The position numbers and the translations under genes are program-made. A stretch of 63,737 nucleotides of DNA, filler included, from Collodictyon triciliatum (taxonomy: Eukaryota): NCBI GenBank assembly GCA_043381765.1. It is 25 parts of 25 records of this genome, joined end to end, with 100 filler letters (N's around TTAATTAATTAA, not from the genome) between each part and the next. Parts side by side here need not be neighbours in the genome. Positions count along the whole stretch, not along the records: positions 23,017 to 25,469 come from JBHJMP010008854.1; positions 25,570 to 28,022 come from JBHJMP010008855.1; positions 28,123 to 30,574 come from JBHJMP010008856.1; positions 30,675 to 33,142 come from JBHJMP010008857.1; positions 33,243 to 35,694 come from JBHJMP010008858.1; positions 35,795 to 38,245 come from JBHJMP010008859.1; positions 38,346 to 40,796 come from JBHJMP010008860.1; 18 more parts are not named here. The stretch is one strand, 5' to 3'. The notes beneath the pieces are model-generated. The model did no database searches. It was given only the letters and a program-made list of their open reading frames with translations, and was not told the DNA's origin. How positions within the stretch are numbered: the stretch's first letter is position 1; every line of letters begins with the position of its first letter. Below, piece after piece: positions 25,328 to 39,542 of the stretch.

Positions 25328-26409
25328 GTGAGTACTTTGTTCCAATAATCATATTGTATGTATGTATGTATGTATGTATGTATGTATGTATGTATGTATG
25401 TATGTATGTATGTATGTATGTATGTATGTATGTATGTATGTATGTATGTATGTATGTATGTATGTATGTNNNNNNNNNNNNNNNNNNNNNNNNNNNNNNN
25501 NNNNNNNNNNNNNTTAATTAATTAANNNNNNNNNNNNNNNNNNNNNNNNNNNNNNNNNNNNNNNNNNNNCAGCACCTTTTAGATAACTGGCGCCATTTTA
25601 ACCAACGTTGCTGTTCTGTTTCGGGTCATTAGCTATTTTTACTATCATCATAGCATTCAGTAGCCCCGATTCCTTGAACTTGAGGGTTGTACTGATTAGC
25701 GCACGCGGTGGATGTGTGCATTCTGAATACCGAACATGTAATGAAATTCTGTGAAATTTGTACAATATAATCAATAATGGTACATGCAATCAAATAATTG
25801 AAACAGAATTTATAAATCGAAAGGTCATGCCAAAAAAATTAATCATACTATATAATATCCACTTTTGTATATTTTAGGTTATTTCTATTTATGGAATTAT
25901 TTGTATGCTTTTGCTTCAGTTCAATCTGCTTCTGTTCATATTTACGCATTATGAAGGTTCTTTTATTTTGCCTTCCCACTTACTATTATATCAACAAAGA
26001 AGCAAAGCTGCAGAGTTTCTGACAGAATAATTATAATGCTGTGTATGCGTTAGGGATGTATGGGCAATAAGGACAGAAATCAACGAGAGGCTGAGCAGAA
26101 GCCTCAAAACCCGCAAATTATAACTAATGAAATGAGAGATGGTTTTGAAATGCCGAGCTTGCGACTGTATGGTCTCCTTCAATATTTGTTCAGCTTGCAT
26201 GAGGAAGATCTTGAACTCTAAATAAGAACTCTCACGTGCTCGTCCATGAGGATATCAAACTTGAGTTGCTTATTTCATTTGTATTTTCAGATTTGGACGC
26301 AACTTTGTAGTGGACTTCTCGAGATAAGTGACAAACTCTTCGGCATCCGCGACGCTGACAAAGCCTGTTCCTGGAGTGGCCAGGATTACAACCGGGTTGA
26401 TAGTGGTAA

Positions 26410-27180
26410 AGCTCTTTGAGCTCAGCCTTGATCTGTCGGGAATTGATGCGAGCTTCGTACTTTCTATCCCAGCGTTTGTGGTTCAGAACTGCGAGTCAAG
26501 AAAGACATGATGCGGTGGGAGAGAGGAGGAAATTCACCGCCCGTGGCTCTTGTGCTGACCTCATTCTATAGTGATGGCTCATACTAATATGCTTTACTCA
26601 AGATAGACCAGAAGACCATCTCATACGAGTTGGTATCACTAGGCAGCCCAATACCTTTTCCAATCTCGAAAGGCCTCGTGAGGCGACCAGTTCTTTGAGC
26701 CTTTGAAGCCACTCACCGAGTTGATGGACGCGCCAATTTTACAAGGCTGACTTCGGTCAGCTCGGAAATGCCGTTCACAAGCAGGAAGTTTTAGATCTTG
26801 AGGTCACAGTGCTGGATGAACTCTCAGCCATGTGAATGCAGGTATAAAAGGCCTTGAATTATATGCCTGCCATATTTGAGATGATGTCGTTTCTAAGTGC
26901 TATGTAATTTTTTATGAACAAGCAGAGCTCTTCGGCTTCTGCAAACTCCATGGAAAGAGCAGGTCGTTGCCTCAGAATCCGAAGTCGTAGAGCGCCATGG
27001 TATTTGGGCGGTGCTGCAGCTCGAACATGATGCTGCCCTTTTTCTCAGCCAGAGCCTTTGGCAGCTGCAAAGAGAGATATGTCACTCACTCTTCTTGGCG
27101 GTAAGGTGGCTCTCCTTCGACTACACCTCGAGACCAACCCAAAGGCAGCCGTGTCCAAGATATTTTTCATGTTTCTCTCA
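26410..27180 (-). pseudogene. Decayed intronless protein kinase (TKL-like) pseudogene
   Basis: Across frameshifts and stops: LGHG/AFGLV (Gly loop), IIQGLLYLHSHG*EFIQHCDLKI*NFLL (VIa/VIb), SDTNSYEMVFWSIL (IX), KRWDRKYEARINSRQIKAELKEL (XI). Confidence 0.8.
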
Positions 27181-29749
27181 AAGTGTGTGGTCAAGAAGTC
27201 CGCGTGTTTTCTGAGGGGCATGTGACAGGTGATGGGTCGTTTGAGTGAGATGTTTCATGTAGTGTAGTCAGGAAATGGATTACCAAGGATGAAAAATTTA
27301 CTAACTTGCTGATTCTTCGTTTTTATGCGTTTTTCAATATTGCAGGTTCTATCTGAGATGTCGACCTGAAGGGGAGTATGTTGGCCGTGTACCATCTCGT
27401 ATGTATGTGTGCCTACATGTAGTAGAGTTGCAGAGCCTGGATATGTTTCTAACTATCATGTCATGAATTTTTTCGGAAAGGAAGTGATGAGATGTTACAC
27501 GATACCCTTCTTATGGCTTTTCGCAAGTGTGTTTCATCCAGAGCTTCATATTTATGGGCGCTTGAATTTGTGTTGTAAGCCTCTCCATCTGCGCACATCG
27601 CTTTTAGACTCTTTTTATTCCAACATCAATGAAAATATATCGTGTTGTTTAGACACCAAATTGTTTTAGTTTGTCAAGAATGGTTTTTCTAACGAGAATA
27701 AAACTTATTCCAAAGTTGCACTCCATTATTTCTGTCAACGGGAAAACCCTGGCAGGTATAAGGTTAACTTTTTAATTTTTTAATTTAAATTGGAGTAGCT
27801 GTATAATCGCGGAGCTTTTTAAAGAGGGATTTTGGGAAACTACCAGATCTTTGCAAGTTCTTCAGAAATATCTATTCGGTTAGACGTCATGACAAGAATG
27901 AGGCGGGGGCTGTGCAGGCGAGTGTGCTGGATTTTTGTGAGTGTCTTGCATACTTTTTATTTGTTAAGTGGATGCGCGTGACAGAACACACAAAAAGAGC
28001 GACGCGGCTGCATGAGGGACATNNNNNNNNNNNNNNNNNNNNNNNNNNNNNNNNNNNNNNNNNNNNTTAATTAATTAANNNNNNNNNNNNNNNNNNNNNN
28101 NNNNNNNNNNNNNNNNNNNNNNCAGCAAGGCATCGAGGAAAGATGCAAGACCTTCTCATTAAATGCATAGGCAGATGTAGCCAGCGCAAAGATTTTGTTT
28201 ATTCTGTAATATTTTCCAACCTACTGGCAGGTTTTTTTATCTTCGAAAATAATCTTATTTTAAAGGTGTAAAAGACTTGATGTATATGAATCGATTGAGA
28301 ACCGCAGTTTTAGAGGGATTTTGGATACATGAATGTATTCATCAGATCGAATATGAGATAAAGAGCAAAGAGCTGGCGATTATGACGTGAGTGCGTGACT
28401 ATTTAAAGCAGAAAGGCGAAATTATGAATTCAATTTTTGCATTTCACTTAGTTTGTACAGGACAGTGGGTCTACATGAAGTACAGATTATGCCTGGATTT
28501 GGGTTTCTTTTCGAACTTTCGCGTTTAATTCGACAGGGACACACTTGACAATACTTAAGATTTTTTTAATGTGAATTCAATAGAATCATTAAGCATTTTT
28601 CCAAGCTGTATCAAGAATTTGGTTGGCAGAGAAATTTTAAGTTTCATTACGCTTAGAATTAATCAGTTCGAAGTGGTAGATTTGTGATTAAATTTAATGA
28701 TTGGTTTCATATAAAGCAAAAATAGTACATATGCTATGCTTTTGCTATAAACAGAATCTGCATTGCTGAGGCAATAACAAAGCGAGCGCCTCGCGCTAAT
28801 GAATTCTATGTTCAATTGGCAAATCAATTTTATGAAAAGAAAGCATTTCGTAGGATGAAAGTTTGGCCAGAATAGCCAAACCTCAAGCTTTCCATCTATG
28901 AAACCTAGTGTACCGAGCGAACCACTGGAAGAATGTTATTTTAAAAAAAGGAGAACATTGAATAATCGTTTGCTAAAATCTACTGATTTTTTTGGCGGAA
29001 CACCTTAGTTCAGGAACTCATCAATGCAATATGAGAGAATTTCACTTTGAGATATTTTGGAATCCAGCATTACATAAGGAACATAAATATTTTCTCTCTA
29101 CTTAAAATATGGTTTGATGAGACTCTCCGTTTTTTTCTATATCGTATTACATTCATATTCTCAATTTGTATTTGTGCGGGATGCGATGGATAATTAAGAT
29201 TTCGCATAAAAATGTGTAGCATAATGAGACCATGAATTATATCACTTCGGTCATGAGCCAAGTTGTCAAATATAATTAATAAAATATAATAAAATAATGT
29301 CTCACACGCATTGCGCCCATATCTATTGCAACTAAAAACAAGGTTCAATCCTAAAAAAAAAATAATAATAAAGATTTCTCAAAACATCATTTTGATTAAC
29401 TTTGTCATGTACCAGAGTTAACATGTTCCTAAATAAAATAACAGGAAAAGCTGGGTGTGAGTATAAAGTTTGAATTTTTTTTTTTAATAATTTCTTATCT
29501 CCTGCTGTTGTTCTTGCAAGTCTCCCATGCAATTGGATTGTGAATCGAATGTCCATCATTTCGACGGAACTTGATTTTCAAAACGCCATCAGATGAAATG
29601 GGAATTTGAAAGTGACCTGAAAATATATAAGACAATAATAAATAATGCAAACAATCCCTTCACAAAAGAAAATGTGCAAACAATCACCCCACTAAAGAAA
29701 ACGTGGTAACTATAAGATTTAATGCTATGCTCTTATTCCCAACAAGGAA

Positions 29750-29821
29750 GGGGGTGTTGCTCGGATGGTATAGCGCTCGCTTAGCATGCGAGAGGTAACG
29801 GGTTGGTGCCTGCCACCTCCA
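29750..29821 (+). tRNA. tRNA-Ala(AGC)-like, probably a pseudogene
   Basis: Acceptor stem GGGGGTG/CACCTCC with G3:U70 and intact anticodon arm CTCGC-TTAGCAT-GCGAG. D-stem mismatch and a broken T-loop/B-box (GGTTGGTGCC). Confidence 0.8.
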
Positions 29822-30959
29822 CAAAGTTTTGGCCATTCAACAGATCGCATGTGGAATATACAATTATTCTTATTTTGCAAGTCAGTTATATTTGATGAAT
29901 GCTAATGCGTATCAATTATATATATTTGTATATACCTATCAATTCTCTGTTACACGAGCACCACATTCCTTTATTGGAGAAACACACCTTTTCATTACAC
30001 ATAAATGATTGGGAATGGGATGGCGGAAGTAAAAGAAGGACTGAAGATTATCCAAATTTGGGCTCGTTCCTTGAGTAATAAAAAAGCAGAGAAAAAGCGA
30101 GAGAAGGCTGCTACTCAACACAACAGAATCCTAAACCACCCTTATCATGTTGCAGATGACCCATCTCATATAAATCATGCACACCCTGGACTATTCTCAT
30201 TTTTCCTCGCTGAAGTAACTTCCCTTACGCGCAGAACTGATGGATGGTATTGCCGAAGAAACTGCAAGAAATGACTCCAATTGCGACTCACATAGCGTAC
30301 TCGACCGCGCATTCTGTTTGGAGACGAACTCAGCGACGAGACAAGCTGTAGGAACTGGATTCACTTTGACACCTCATTTTCAGCCGTGTTTACTTTCATC
30401 ATCTTTGGTTGCACGTGGTTATTTCACTTTAATCATCAGAATGTCCTCTATCACTTTATCATTTCAAACTCAGTTTTGCAGTCGCGACGTATGCCTCTGT
30501 CTCTACAATATTCATTTTCACTTTTGGTTGGCAGAGAATTGCCCGGTCCATATATCGCGTCGTCATACCTTGTTNNNNNNNNNNNNNNNNNNNNNNNNNN
30601 NNNNNNNNNNNNNNNNNNTTAATTAATTAANNNNNNNNNNNNNNNNNNNNNNNNNNNNNNNNNNNNNNNNNNNNAAAAATAGAAAAAAAAAAGAAAAAAG
30701 GAAAGTGGAAGGAGGAAAGTTTTTTTTTTTTATAATTTTTTGTTTGGGGGGGGGGGGGGGGGGGGGGGGTTGTTCTTCTATATATCTAACTCTGTTCCAT
30801 TTTCATTCTTTTCTTTTCTTAATGTTTACATTTCTTTATTGACCATTTGGTTGACAAAAAAAAAAACAGAAGGGAGGAACGAGTGAATATCGTCTTTGTC
30901 AAGCAACGTGCTATTTTTGAAATGAATCCTTCATCGTGAATTACTGCTTGGGAAGTGTT

Positions 30960-32974
30960 TCATGCTGTTAGAATCTCGTATCCACCCTGCGTGATAAGAA
31001 TGGTATGCTCTACTTGTGCAGATCTAGAGCCGTCGATTGTGACAGCAGTCCAGCCGTCATCCCACAGCTTAAAGTTGGGACTTCCTTCCACAAGGATGGG
31101 CTCTGGTATACAAAGAAATACTTTATTAGTGATGCAGAGAACGAAATCAGTGAGGTGGATGTTATTACCTATTGTAAAGGCGTTCCCTGGCTTCATCACA
31201 TTCAAGTTGAGATTCGGTGGCTTTGTTAAGGGGATGGTGTTCATAATAGTTCCTCTATTTGAGTTTGTCATTCACATGATATCTTTGTATATTAAGCCAC
31301 CCGATACTGAAATTCTCTTATGTCCAAGCGTGGGTGTATGCAATCAGATAATTCCTGAGTATCCCGTTTTTTAGTTTCTTTAGGATATGGATGTGTTCGA
31401 TGTACGGGCCGGAGTGGAAATAACGTCCGATTCCATGGCCAGAAAAGTTTGGCTGGATGTTGAGGCCAGCATCCGTGGCAATTTCACTCGTGTTTATTAT
31501 TTTGTAATTAGTATTATGTTCTTTGATTCTATTCAAGATGTTTCTACTAAAAGGAATGTATGTGTGATCTTTAAAGCGGCTGCGGATTGGTATAGATGTA
31601 TGCTGAAAGAACATTTCTTTGAAAATAGTCCCGGATATGTGTTTTTGGTGGGCATAGTTTAAATTATGATACCTGATTACTTTCCCGATAATATTGAAAG
31701 GTTTATTTGGTCCGCACACCTTGATGGCTTCATCCAAACATTTTCTTGTCGTTTCAATGAGTTTGACAGCATCTACATTACGAAACTATGATAAATAAAC
31801 GAACGCAAGAGTAAGTATCTATCAATTTTAAGATAAAGAGATGCATCAGTTACACTTGGTAGATTATTGATCATAAATAACACGTACGTACCACCATCAA
31901 CTTCTCCTATGGTAAACATCTCTGACATATCTGCGTGGAACCCTTTGTGGTATATCGTAATGTCTACATTTACGATATCGCCATCCTTTTTAAAATACAA
32001 AAAAAGAAAAGAAAAAATCATTACGATTATGTTTTCTTTTACTTATCGTCTATAACTACGCATTTATTGCAGTCTTGGCTTTCCTCAGCAAAGCGGTGAA
32101 TTTCACTGGGGCTTATGGAACACAAATACAAACACAAACATAAATACATATGTAAACAAAAAAAAATAAAGATAGAGAAAAATATGGAACTCCATTACGA
32201 AAATAAATAATAAAAACGAAAAACTTAGTACCTGCAATTTTCGGCTGTCTGGAATTCCGTGACATATGACTTCATTTACAGATGTACATATCGACTTTGG
32301 GAACCCAGAATAATGAAGAGGACTCGGATAAGAATCTTTCGATATAATGAAATCATGAACCAGCTGGTCTATTTCGTCTGTTTTTGCATCTATCTGGTAT
32401 TTAAGCAATACGAGTGTAAGCCAAATGTCATTGGAATATAATTCAACTTCATTGTGTTGCGCAACTTTTAACATGACCATATCATTTCAGTAGATAAACA
32501 AGAAATTAAATTTGTTATTATGCATTATGAATATATATGTGGAGATCTAATCACTGAAAGATGCCAACTTAATCAAGTATCTAACATAGGGTCTTGAAAT
32601 AAACTCGTTTTTCAAAGCAACATCATATCATTATATATATATGGAAATAAAATTGAAAGCCAATGTGTCAATATTTTGAACATGCTTGACCTTCACTATC
32701 CGTTTGACATAATCCATCGTTTCTTTTGCAATCTGCCCAGCCTTTCGCATCAACTCCATCTCACTTGTTTTCAATCTGATACGATTCCCAATTTCATGAG
32801 CGAAGTTTTGTGCGGTGCAATACGACCAAAATACCGGGCATCATATATGCGCATAGCTATCTCACGTGATTATCTTGTCCATTTTATACTCTACATCTAA
32901 CGGTGTCCCGTTTCGCCCAACATATGGTGGTCTTGCAATTCTCGCCGGAACAGACCGCGCGGGACTGGTTGTAC
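30960..32974 (-). CDS. METAP1D: Methionine aminopeptidase type 1, mitochondrial-like (MAP1D), 5' truncated
   Basis: [64 protein letters not shown] and EPILVEG...[23 protein letters not shown]. Confidence 0.92.
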
Positions 32975-33242
32975 CTGAGCAAAAAATAATAATAAAAAAA
33001 TTAAGAAAGGAAATAAAAAGAAGAGGAGGAAAAAGAGAAGAAGGAATGATAATGATAATGATAATGATAATGATAATGATAATGATAATGATAATGATAA
33101 TGATAATGATAATGATAATGATAATGATAATGATAATGATAANNNNNNNNNNNNNNNNNNNNNNNNNNNNNNNNNNNNNNNNNNNNTTAATTAATTAANN
33201 NNNNNNNNNNNNNNNNNNNNNNNNNNNNNNNNNNNNNNNNNN

Positions 33243-33345
<103 letters not shown>

Positions 33346-33842
33346 ATTACTTCTATTCCTTCTTATTTGGTGATATAAGAAATTTTAAATCATCTGGGAA
33401 AACTCCATATATTGAATTCATGTGCAATATATATTGTAAATTCATAATTTCATTTCCGCGCAATATTAAGCCCTTATTCTATCACTACTCATGATGCAAC
33501 CTCGACTGATTGTTCGTTTTGCTTTCTTGAAATTTCATGCGATAGCCTAAACGCATTTTCTATGAAATGGAAATTATATCCTTTCAGTCATGCTTTTTGA
33601 TCAAACTGTCTTTATTACAGTAAATTCACTTCTGAACACATTATTCAATAGAGAAGACATTATTTTGCCAACTTTTGTATCTTCATTTTATTTTTACTCT
33701 CGATATTCCTCAATATTCATGACTACTTTATTCAATTTTTTCTTTCATAGACTATAATCCTTATCTTCTTCGCTGGTGATTTTTATTGTTCTATTCTGCT
33801 GATTAGCTATTCAAAACACTTTCACATTTTCATAAAATCACA

Positions 33843-35561
33843 AGGATTCTCACTGATTGGAAAAGCCCTGGAAAATGTTGGCTCTATGTCAGAGACATCG
33901 TCCGACATATCTGAGTCCTCCATCGCGGAAATGTCCAGTCAAGGCGAAGAAGGCAGCGAAGAATCACCGAGACGAGTATTTAAGCGTTTACACACTCTTT
34001 CTTTTTTTTTTTAATAATAAGATATTCTCAAATCTTTAAAATGTAATAGCTATATATTTTAGATGAATTTTATGCGTAAATATGTCCTTATATGATTACG
34101 CACGATTATTTCATCGATTTTTGTCCCATGATTTCAATTGCTTTTATTTTTTCCGTCAGTCTAGTTAATCTTGAAGTGGGATTGAAGAGAATGTTTTTAC
34201 TTTCATGTGAATCAATTGAAATTTCTCATATCAGAAAAGCTCTCACTGGGGCGTAGCCAAGGCCAAACTTCGTGCATTTCGTGCTTTCAAATCCATCGGA
34301 CTCACGAAAGAGTAAATATTTCTTTGTACTTTATCGGATGGTCGATTGTAAACCGGGATGTGTTTTCGCTTCAATTTTTTTTTTTGATGTATGATTTATA
34401 TGGTTTCGTGCAGAAAATTTGATTTGAAGAGCTTAGGCAATTCATATTTTTTCTTTCCTGTTTTACGAATACTTCATACATCATAGTGCGGCCACGTTTA
34501 TCAAAGAGGCTCAAAATCAGGCGTCAAAGCATCGAAATGCATTACTGGACCATCTTTCTCATGCGGAGGAAGAGCGAAAGCCGAGTTTATTGAAGGTTTG
34601 AAATGTGTTTAGTATGTAAAATTCATTAAGTGCAGTCTGCACGCAAAATAATACCGCTTTTTTATTTTTAAATGTGACTTCTTGTTTGTTTTCATCTATT
34701 GTTCAATCCATTTCTAAATTATTTCCATTCGCTATTAGAGTGAGAAAAAGAACAAAATGAGTGATGAAATGATTCAAGCATGTGTTAAGGATATACTCAG
34801 TAAGAATCCTGAAGAGCGAACAGAGGACGATAAGGTTGAATAGATTATGAGATACGATGTGCCCAACATTTTACTTAAAACAATATGTGTTTTATGCTCT
34901 GGCTGATAATTTATTAATCTTTTATTTTTCTAAGATGAGAAATATTCATGCACTTGAACTCATCAAATTTTCTTGGCATGGAAGATGCCAATATTTGCCA
35001 ATATTTACTACTCTTTACTTTAATTCAATTTTTTTTCTGTCAATCATAGAATTTCCTGAAGGAATGTACAAAGCGACTGAAGTTCTTTGTTAATATGTCC
35101 CCTAATGTCCACGCAGACCTATGCAAGGTATCAAACTAGTTTTTGTAGCAAAAATAAATATTTCATTTGATTTGCTATCATATCATATCACATTACTTTA
35201 TAAACCTGATAAGCAAAACGTATGGACCATACATATTGATATTTGTGATTTTCAGAGACAAAGCAACAAATCACTCAATTATTTTCGAAATTATCCATTG
35301 CTACGATAGGTGATGCAGTATGTCCGCGTTCCGACAGGCGAGGTCGTATTCTACCAGGGTTCTATCGGAAAGACATTCTACGTCATTCTATCGGGCTCAG
35401 TTACCATCCACGTGAAATCGGCTGACGAAGAGCACAAGAGTGAAGTCAAAAAGGCCATCAACACAAAAGACCTACTCTCCAAACGCACGTCCGTTACGAA
35501 AGCACCCTCCGAAAAACAAGTTCCGTCCTCCCCACAAATGGGTTCCCTCTCAGAGGATAGG
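33843..35561 (+). CDS. Cyclic-nucleotide-binding domain protein, partial
   Basis: ILSKNPEERTEDD / LKFFVNMSPNVHADLCK / VMQYVRVPTGEVVFYQGSIGKTFYVILSGSVTIH. Confidence 0.85.
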
Positions 35562-35662
35562 GTAAATAGAGAAAGAGAAAAAAAGACAAAAAAGAGAAAA
35601 AAAGAGAAAAAAAAAGAGAAAAAAAAAGAGAAAAAAAAAGAGAAAAAAAGAGAAAAAAAGAG

Positions 35663-35693
<31 letters not shown>

Positions 35694-35794
35694 ANNNNNN
35701 NNNNNNNNNNNNNNNNNNNNNNNNNNNNNNNNNNNNNNTTAATTAATTAANNNNNNNNNNNNNNNNNNNNNNNNNNNNNNNNNNNNNNNNNNNN

Positions 35795-37711
35795 AACGTG
35801 TCATCAAGTACGCCATTCATAAACTCCCGTGACGTTGATATGATATTTGGACAGTTTAGGGTAACTCTAGCCAGTACTTGTCTAGATATCGATTTAGTCT
35901 CAGCAGCATCGCAGCATATAGCCCGACTTGTTGGTCAGTTTTTTTAAGCATATACATGGGATAAAAATCATAAAGTCACTCGTACTAATTAACTCATTCT
36001 TTGTTTTATTTATTTGTATATATTTATTATATATTCAGACGACCTCGATGACATGCCCTTGCTATCAAGAACGGGTTCTGTTGTTCTTGAAACTTTTTCA
36101 TTCCTGGTATACTCCGCAAGTCCAAATATTGGGTTGAATATTTTCAATGGAACGGTTACAGAGTTGTCGTATGCAGTTTCTCAAAAGATGTCGATCATGT
36201 CTGCAAACGGAAGGGTATGTGGGGACGATTCTTACTATGCAACATCAGATTATTTTTCATTTTCAACAAATATCCTTTGTTCATACTTGCCAGACGCATT
36301 TTCGGTTCTTTTACCAACAGCAGGACTACCTGGAGTGACCCTTGATAATGAAATATACAGAGAAATGGAAAATGGAAAGGTGATAGTGATAGAGAGCAAA
36401 ATAAATCCATCCGTTTGGCTATCAAGCTCTCATCAACCGTCAAAGGAGCTCCATTCATATGCACTCAACATTTTAATATACGATGACAAAAATTTGATTA
36501 AAGTAAACAATGACAGCTACCCGTCGATCAAGTTTTCCATCAGACTTGTCAAATTAATTGACCAACTTATAGATTGGGATGTTTACAAGCCTATATGTGT
36601 AGGCACAGATAGGGATTACGGAGCATGGGAATCACAAAGCCTTGAAACAATCGAATCAAGCAAGGAAGATATCGATGTTGTCTGTTCCACAAAGAAAGAC
36701 ATGAATACTTATTTCTTTTCGCTCTTTATCAAAATCAGAGTCCCGGTTCGTTGGTGGGAAGAGATATGGCTGCCAGTGATGATATCACTTATTATTGTAG
36801 GCTTTATTGCCAGCACTTGTGTCATGTTTTTTTACAAACGATGGCAACAACAAAGAATTGCACCTGTAAGCAAAGAAGAAGCTGAGCGACTGAATAATAT
36901 TAATATTAAACGAAGAAAGCAAAATCAGAAGAAAATATCACCTACCACAAAAAAAGATGTCTCTCAGGACAATGTCGATTCCTTAGAGAAAGGAGGATTG
37001 GCTCGTAATAATGCAGCGAGTAGAACGGGAATCAAGAGCCCAGCTGAGCTAGTAACACCCTCAGGGCATGTTATATGGCTGAAGTCTGATAATGAAGCTT
37101 CTAAGGGTCAATCACCTACCTCACCAAAGTTCTCGAATGGCCATGAAGCAGTCAAGGCAGTTCAGAGCGTAGAAATGGATTCAGACGAAGCTTCCTCCTA
37201 TCGTCCCACTGCTATGGCTGTTGTAGCCCCACCCCAGCCGTCCCCGCTGGAGCTACAGCCATCACTGCAAACATCGTTAGCTCAAATCCAACCGAGTGTC
37301 GCCGAGCGCAGTCTACCAGAACATGAAGACAAAAGAACAGGCAACTACCAGGTCAAGCAGTCCACCAAATACCAAACCACGACACTCCCTCCGCTGAAGC
37401 GGGCCTCAAATTATGGGCGATTGGGAAGGCCTGCTGGAGACTCTCCATTAACGAGACAGTTTCCTCTCTCTGAACACCTCGCACCATCAGTAAAAGGTCA
37501 TCTGCTCACTCTTTCTTCACCCACGAGTGACCCAATGCCAGAAGTCCCGATTCCAAGCCTTGATGCGATGTCGAAAGTCACCCGCGTGGCGCGCATCCAA
37601 CTCAAGCCCCTGAGGCCCGCAGAGTCGAGGGCTGCTTCCTCCAATCAAACACTTCACAGACAACTCCTGCCCCCAATCCAGACAAAACAGGCAGCAAACT
37701 TGGATGAGTAA
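35795..37711 (+). CDS. Single-pass membrane protein with a degenerate GPS/GAIN-like juxtamembrane motif and a long disordered tail, 3' part
   Basis: 565-aa ORF with PICV...AWESQSL...VVCST...YFFSL followed by one TM helix (IWLPVMISLIIVGFIASTCVMFFY). Confidence 0.65.
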
Positions 37712-37740
37712 TTATTTTGCATATGCTTTTAATACTAGTT

Positions 37741-37768
37741 TTTTTCTTCCCTTTATTCGGTTCAAAGT
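37741..37768 (-). mobile_element. Family C micro-insertion
   Basis: (T)nCTTCCCTTTATTCGGTTCAAAGT flanked by an 18-bp repeat with 3 mismatches (37723-37740, 37769-37786). Confidence 0.6.
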
Positions 37769-38345
37769 ATGCCTTTCATGCTAGTTGAAAATAAATAAAT
37801 AAAAAAAAAAAAAAAGGCTTCACAAAGGACTTTAACAAAGATAAATGAAGTGGTGTTATCTTGGGAGATAAATAGACAAGCAAGACTGTCCAGACAATCG
37901 CTTTATAAGCACTTAGCATGGTATGAGACAAAGTTGAAAAGGTCTGCTGGATGGGCAACAGAATATAATTAATAACTTTGGTGTGATGTGTCATGAAAAT
38001 AGCGTAATCTGTGGAAAACTTTGCAAGTTGCAGCCAGTTCTTCAGTTCCAACGCTGGTGCGGAAAAACCCCCGCGTTTCACGTAAGTCCAGGAAAATCCA
38101 TGCAAGGAAGCCACCTGCAAGTCTGTATGAGCGGAGAGTATTATTGCACGGGGTCGAGCAAGTCGTTTACAACAAGAACAAGGCCCGCAGGCTAACAGAT
38201 GCGCTCGCCTCCTTCTTGAAAGCGAACAAACTTTGGGAAGAGTCCNNNNNNNNNNNNNNNNNNNNNNNNNNNNNNNNNNNNNNNNNNNNTTAATTAATTA
38301 ANNNNNNNNNNNNNNNNNNNNNNNNNNNNNNNNNNNNNNNNNNNN

Positions 38346-38394
<49 letters not shown>

Positions 38395-38752
38395 TTTTTT
38401 GTGGTTGGTTGTTTTGTTATGTTAAATAAAATTCATCCAACAATATTGCTTCTGAATGAATGAGAACCTTGATTCTCTCTGTCAAACCAGCGCATTTTTG
38501 AGTCATATTTTCCTCCTTGATCTTCATTGTACAGAGTCCCAGATACAAAGGAGATTATGTTAAAATGTGTCAATACAACACCCTATATTCGTCAAGAAAA
38601 GTTGCGTTCATTTTCCTGTCTGTTTATTAAATCCTCTGGCTTATTACTTAACAAGTATTTGTATAATATTGATGGCTCTGTATATATTATTGAATAAAAT
38701 GAAGAGAAATTGGTGTTTTTATCTATTTGAAAACCCGGGATTTGCTGAAATA

Positions 38753-39491
38753 CCTTCGGGTTTCCTGTTGTCCCACTCGTGTATGATATTGTATACACAG
38801 ACTGAGGGGTAGGAGGCACTGGGGTTAGACCTGCAGAGAGTCCCTGTACAAGAATCCCAATTGATTAAGAGAATTCATTTCATAGTTCGATGAAATTAAT
38901 GAATTAAGAAAAATTCAACTCCCGATTGGATGAAGGTCATTTGTCGTTATTTTAGTTATTTTTTTTTTCCTTTATTCGATTCAAAGTGCAGCGAGGTTAT
39001 GCCATACAAAGGGGCGGGATGGAAGCGCATGGGAGCTCGTTATTTTAGTTATATGTTTATGTCAGAATAAAAATATAACCTTGTTTTTAACATCCTCCCA
39101 CTGTAGTAAACTGACTGTCTCAGGAATGCTGTATTTATTTTGGATTCTCGCTATTTACAAAGGTTTATTGACATTAAGAGTTTGTCATTGGCTTCGAGAT
39201 TGCATTTATACTTAATCTTTGAATTAAGGTATGAACGATATTTTGCAGTGGATTTGTATATTACCATCGAGTGGGTCCATGGAAATGATCGTTTGAATTG
39301 ATGGACAATCCTTTACTATCTCCATGATCTATTTAGATGGAGGATAACATTTCAAAGAAGGGTCGTTTATGTTTAACGTTAGTGTTCTAATATGATATGA
39401 TATGATATGATATGATATGATATGATATGATATGATATGATATGATATGATATGATATGATATGATATGATATGATATGATATGATATGAT

Positions 39492-39542
<51 letters not shown>

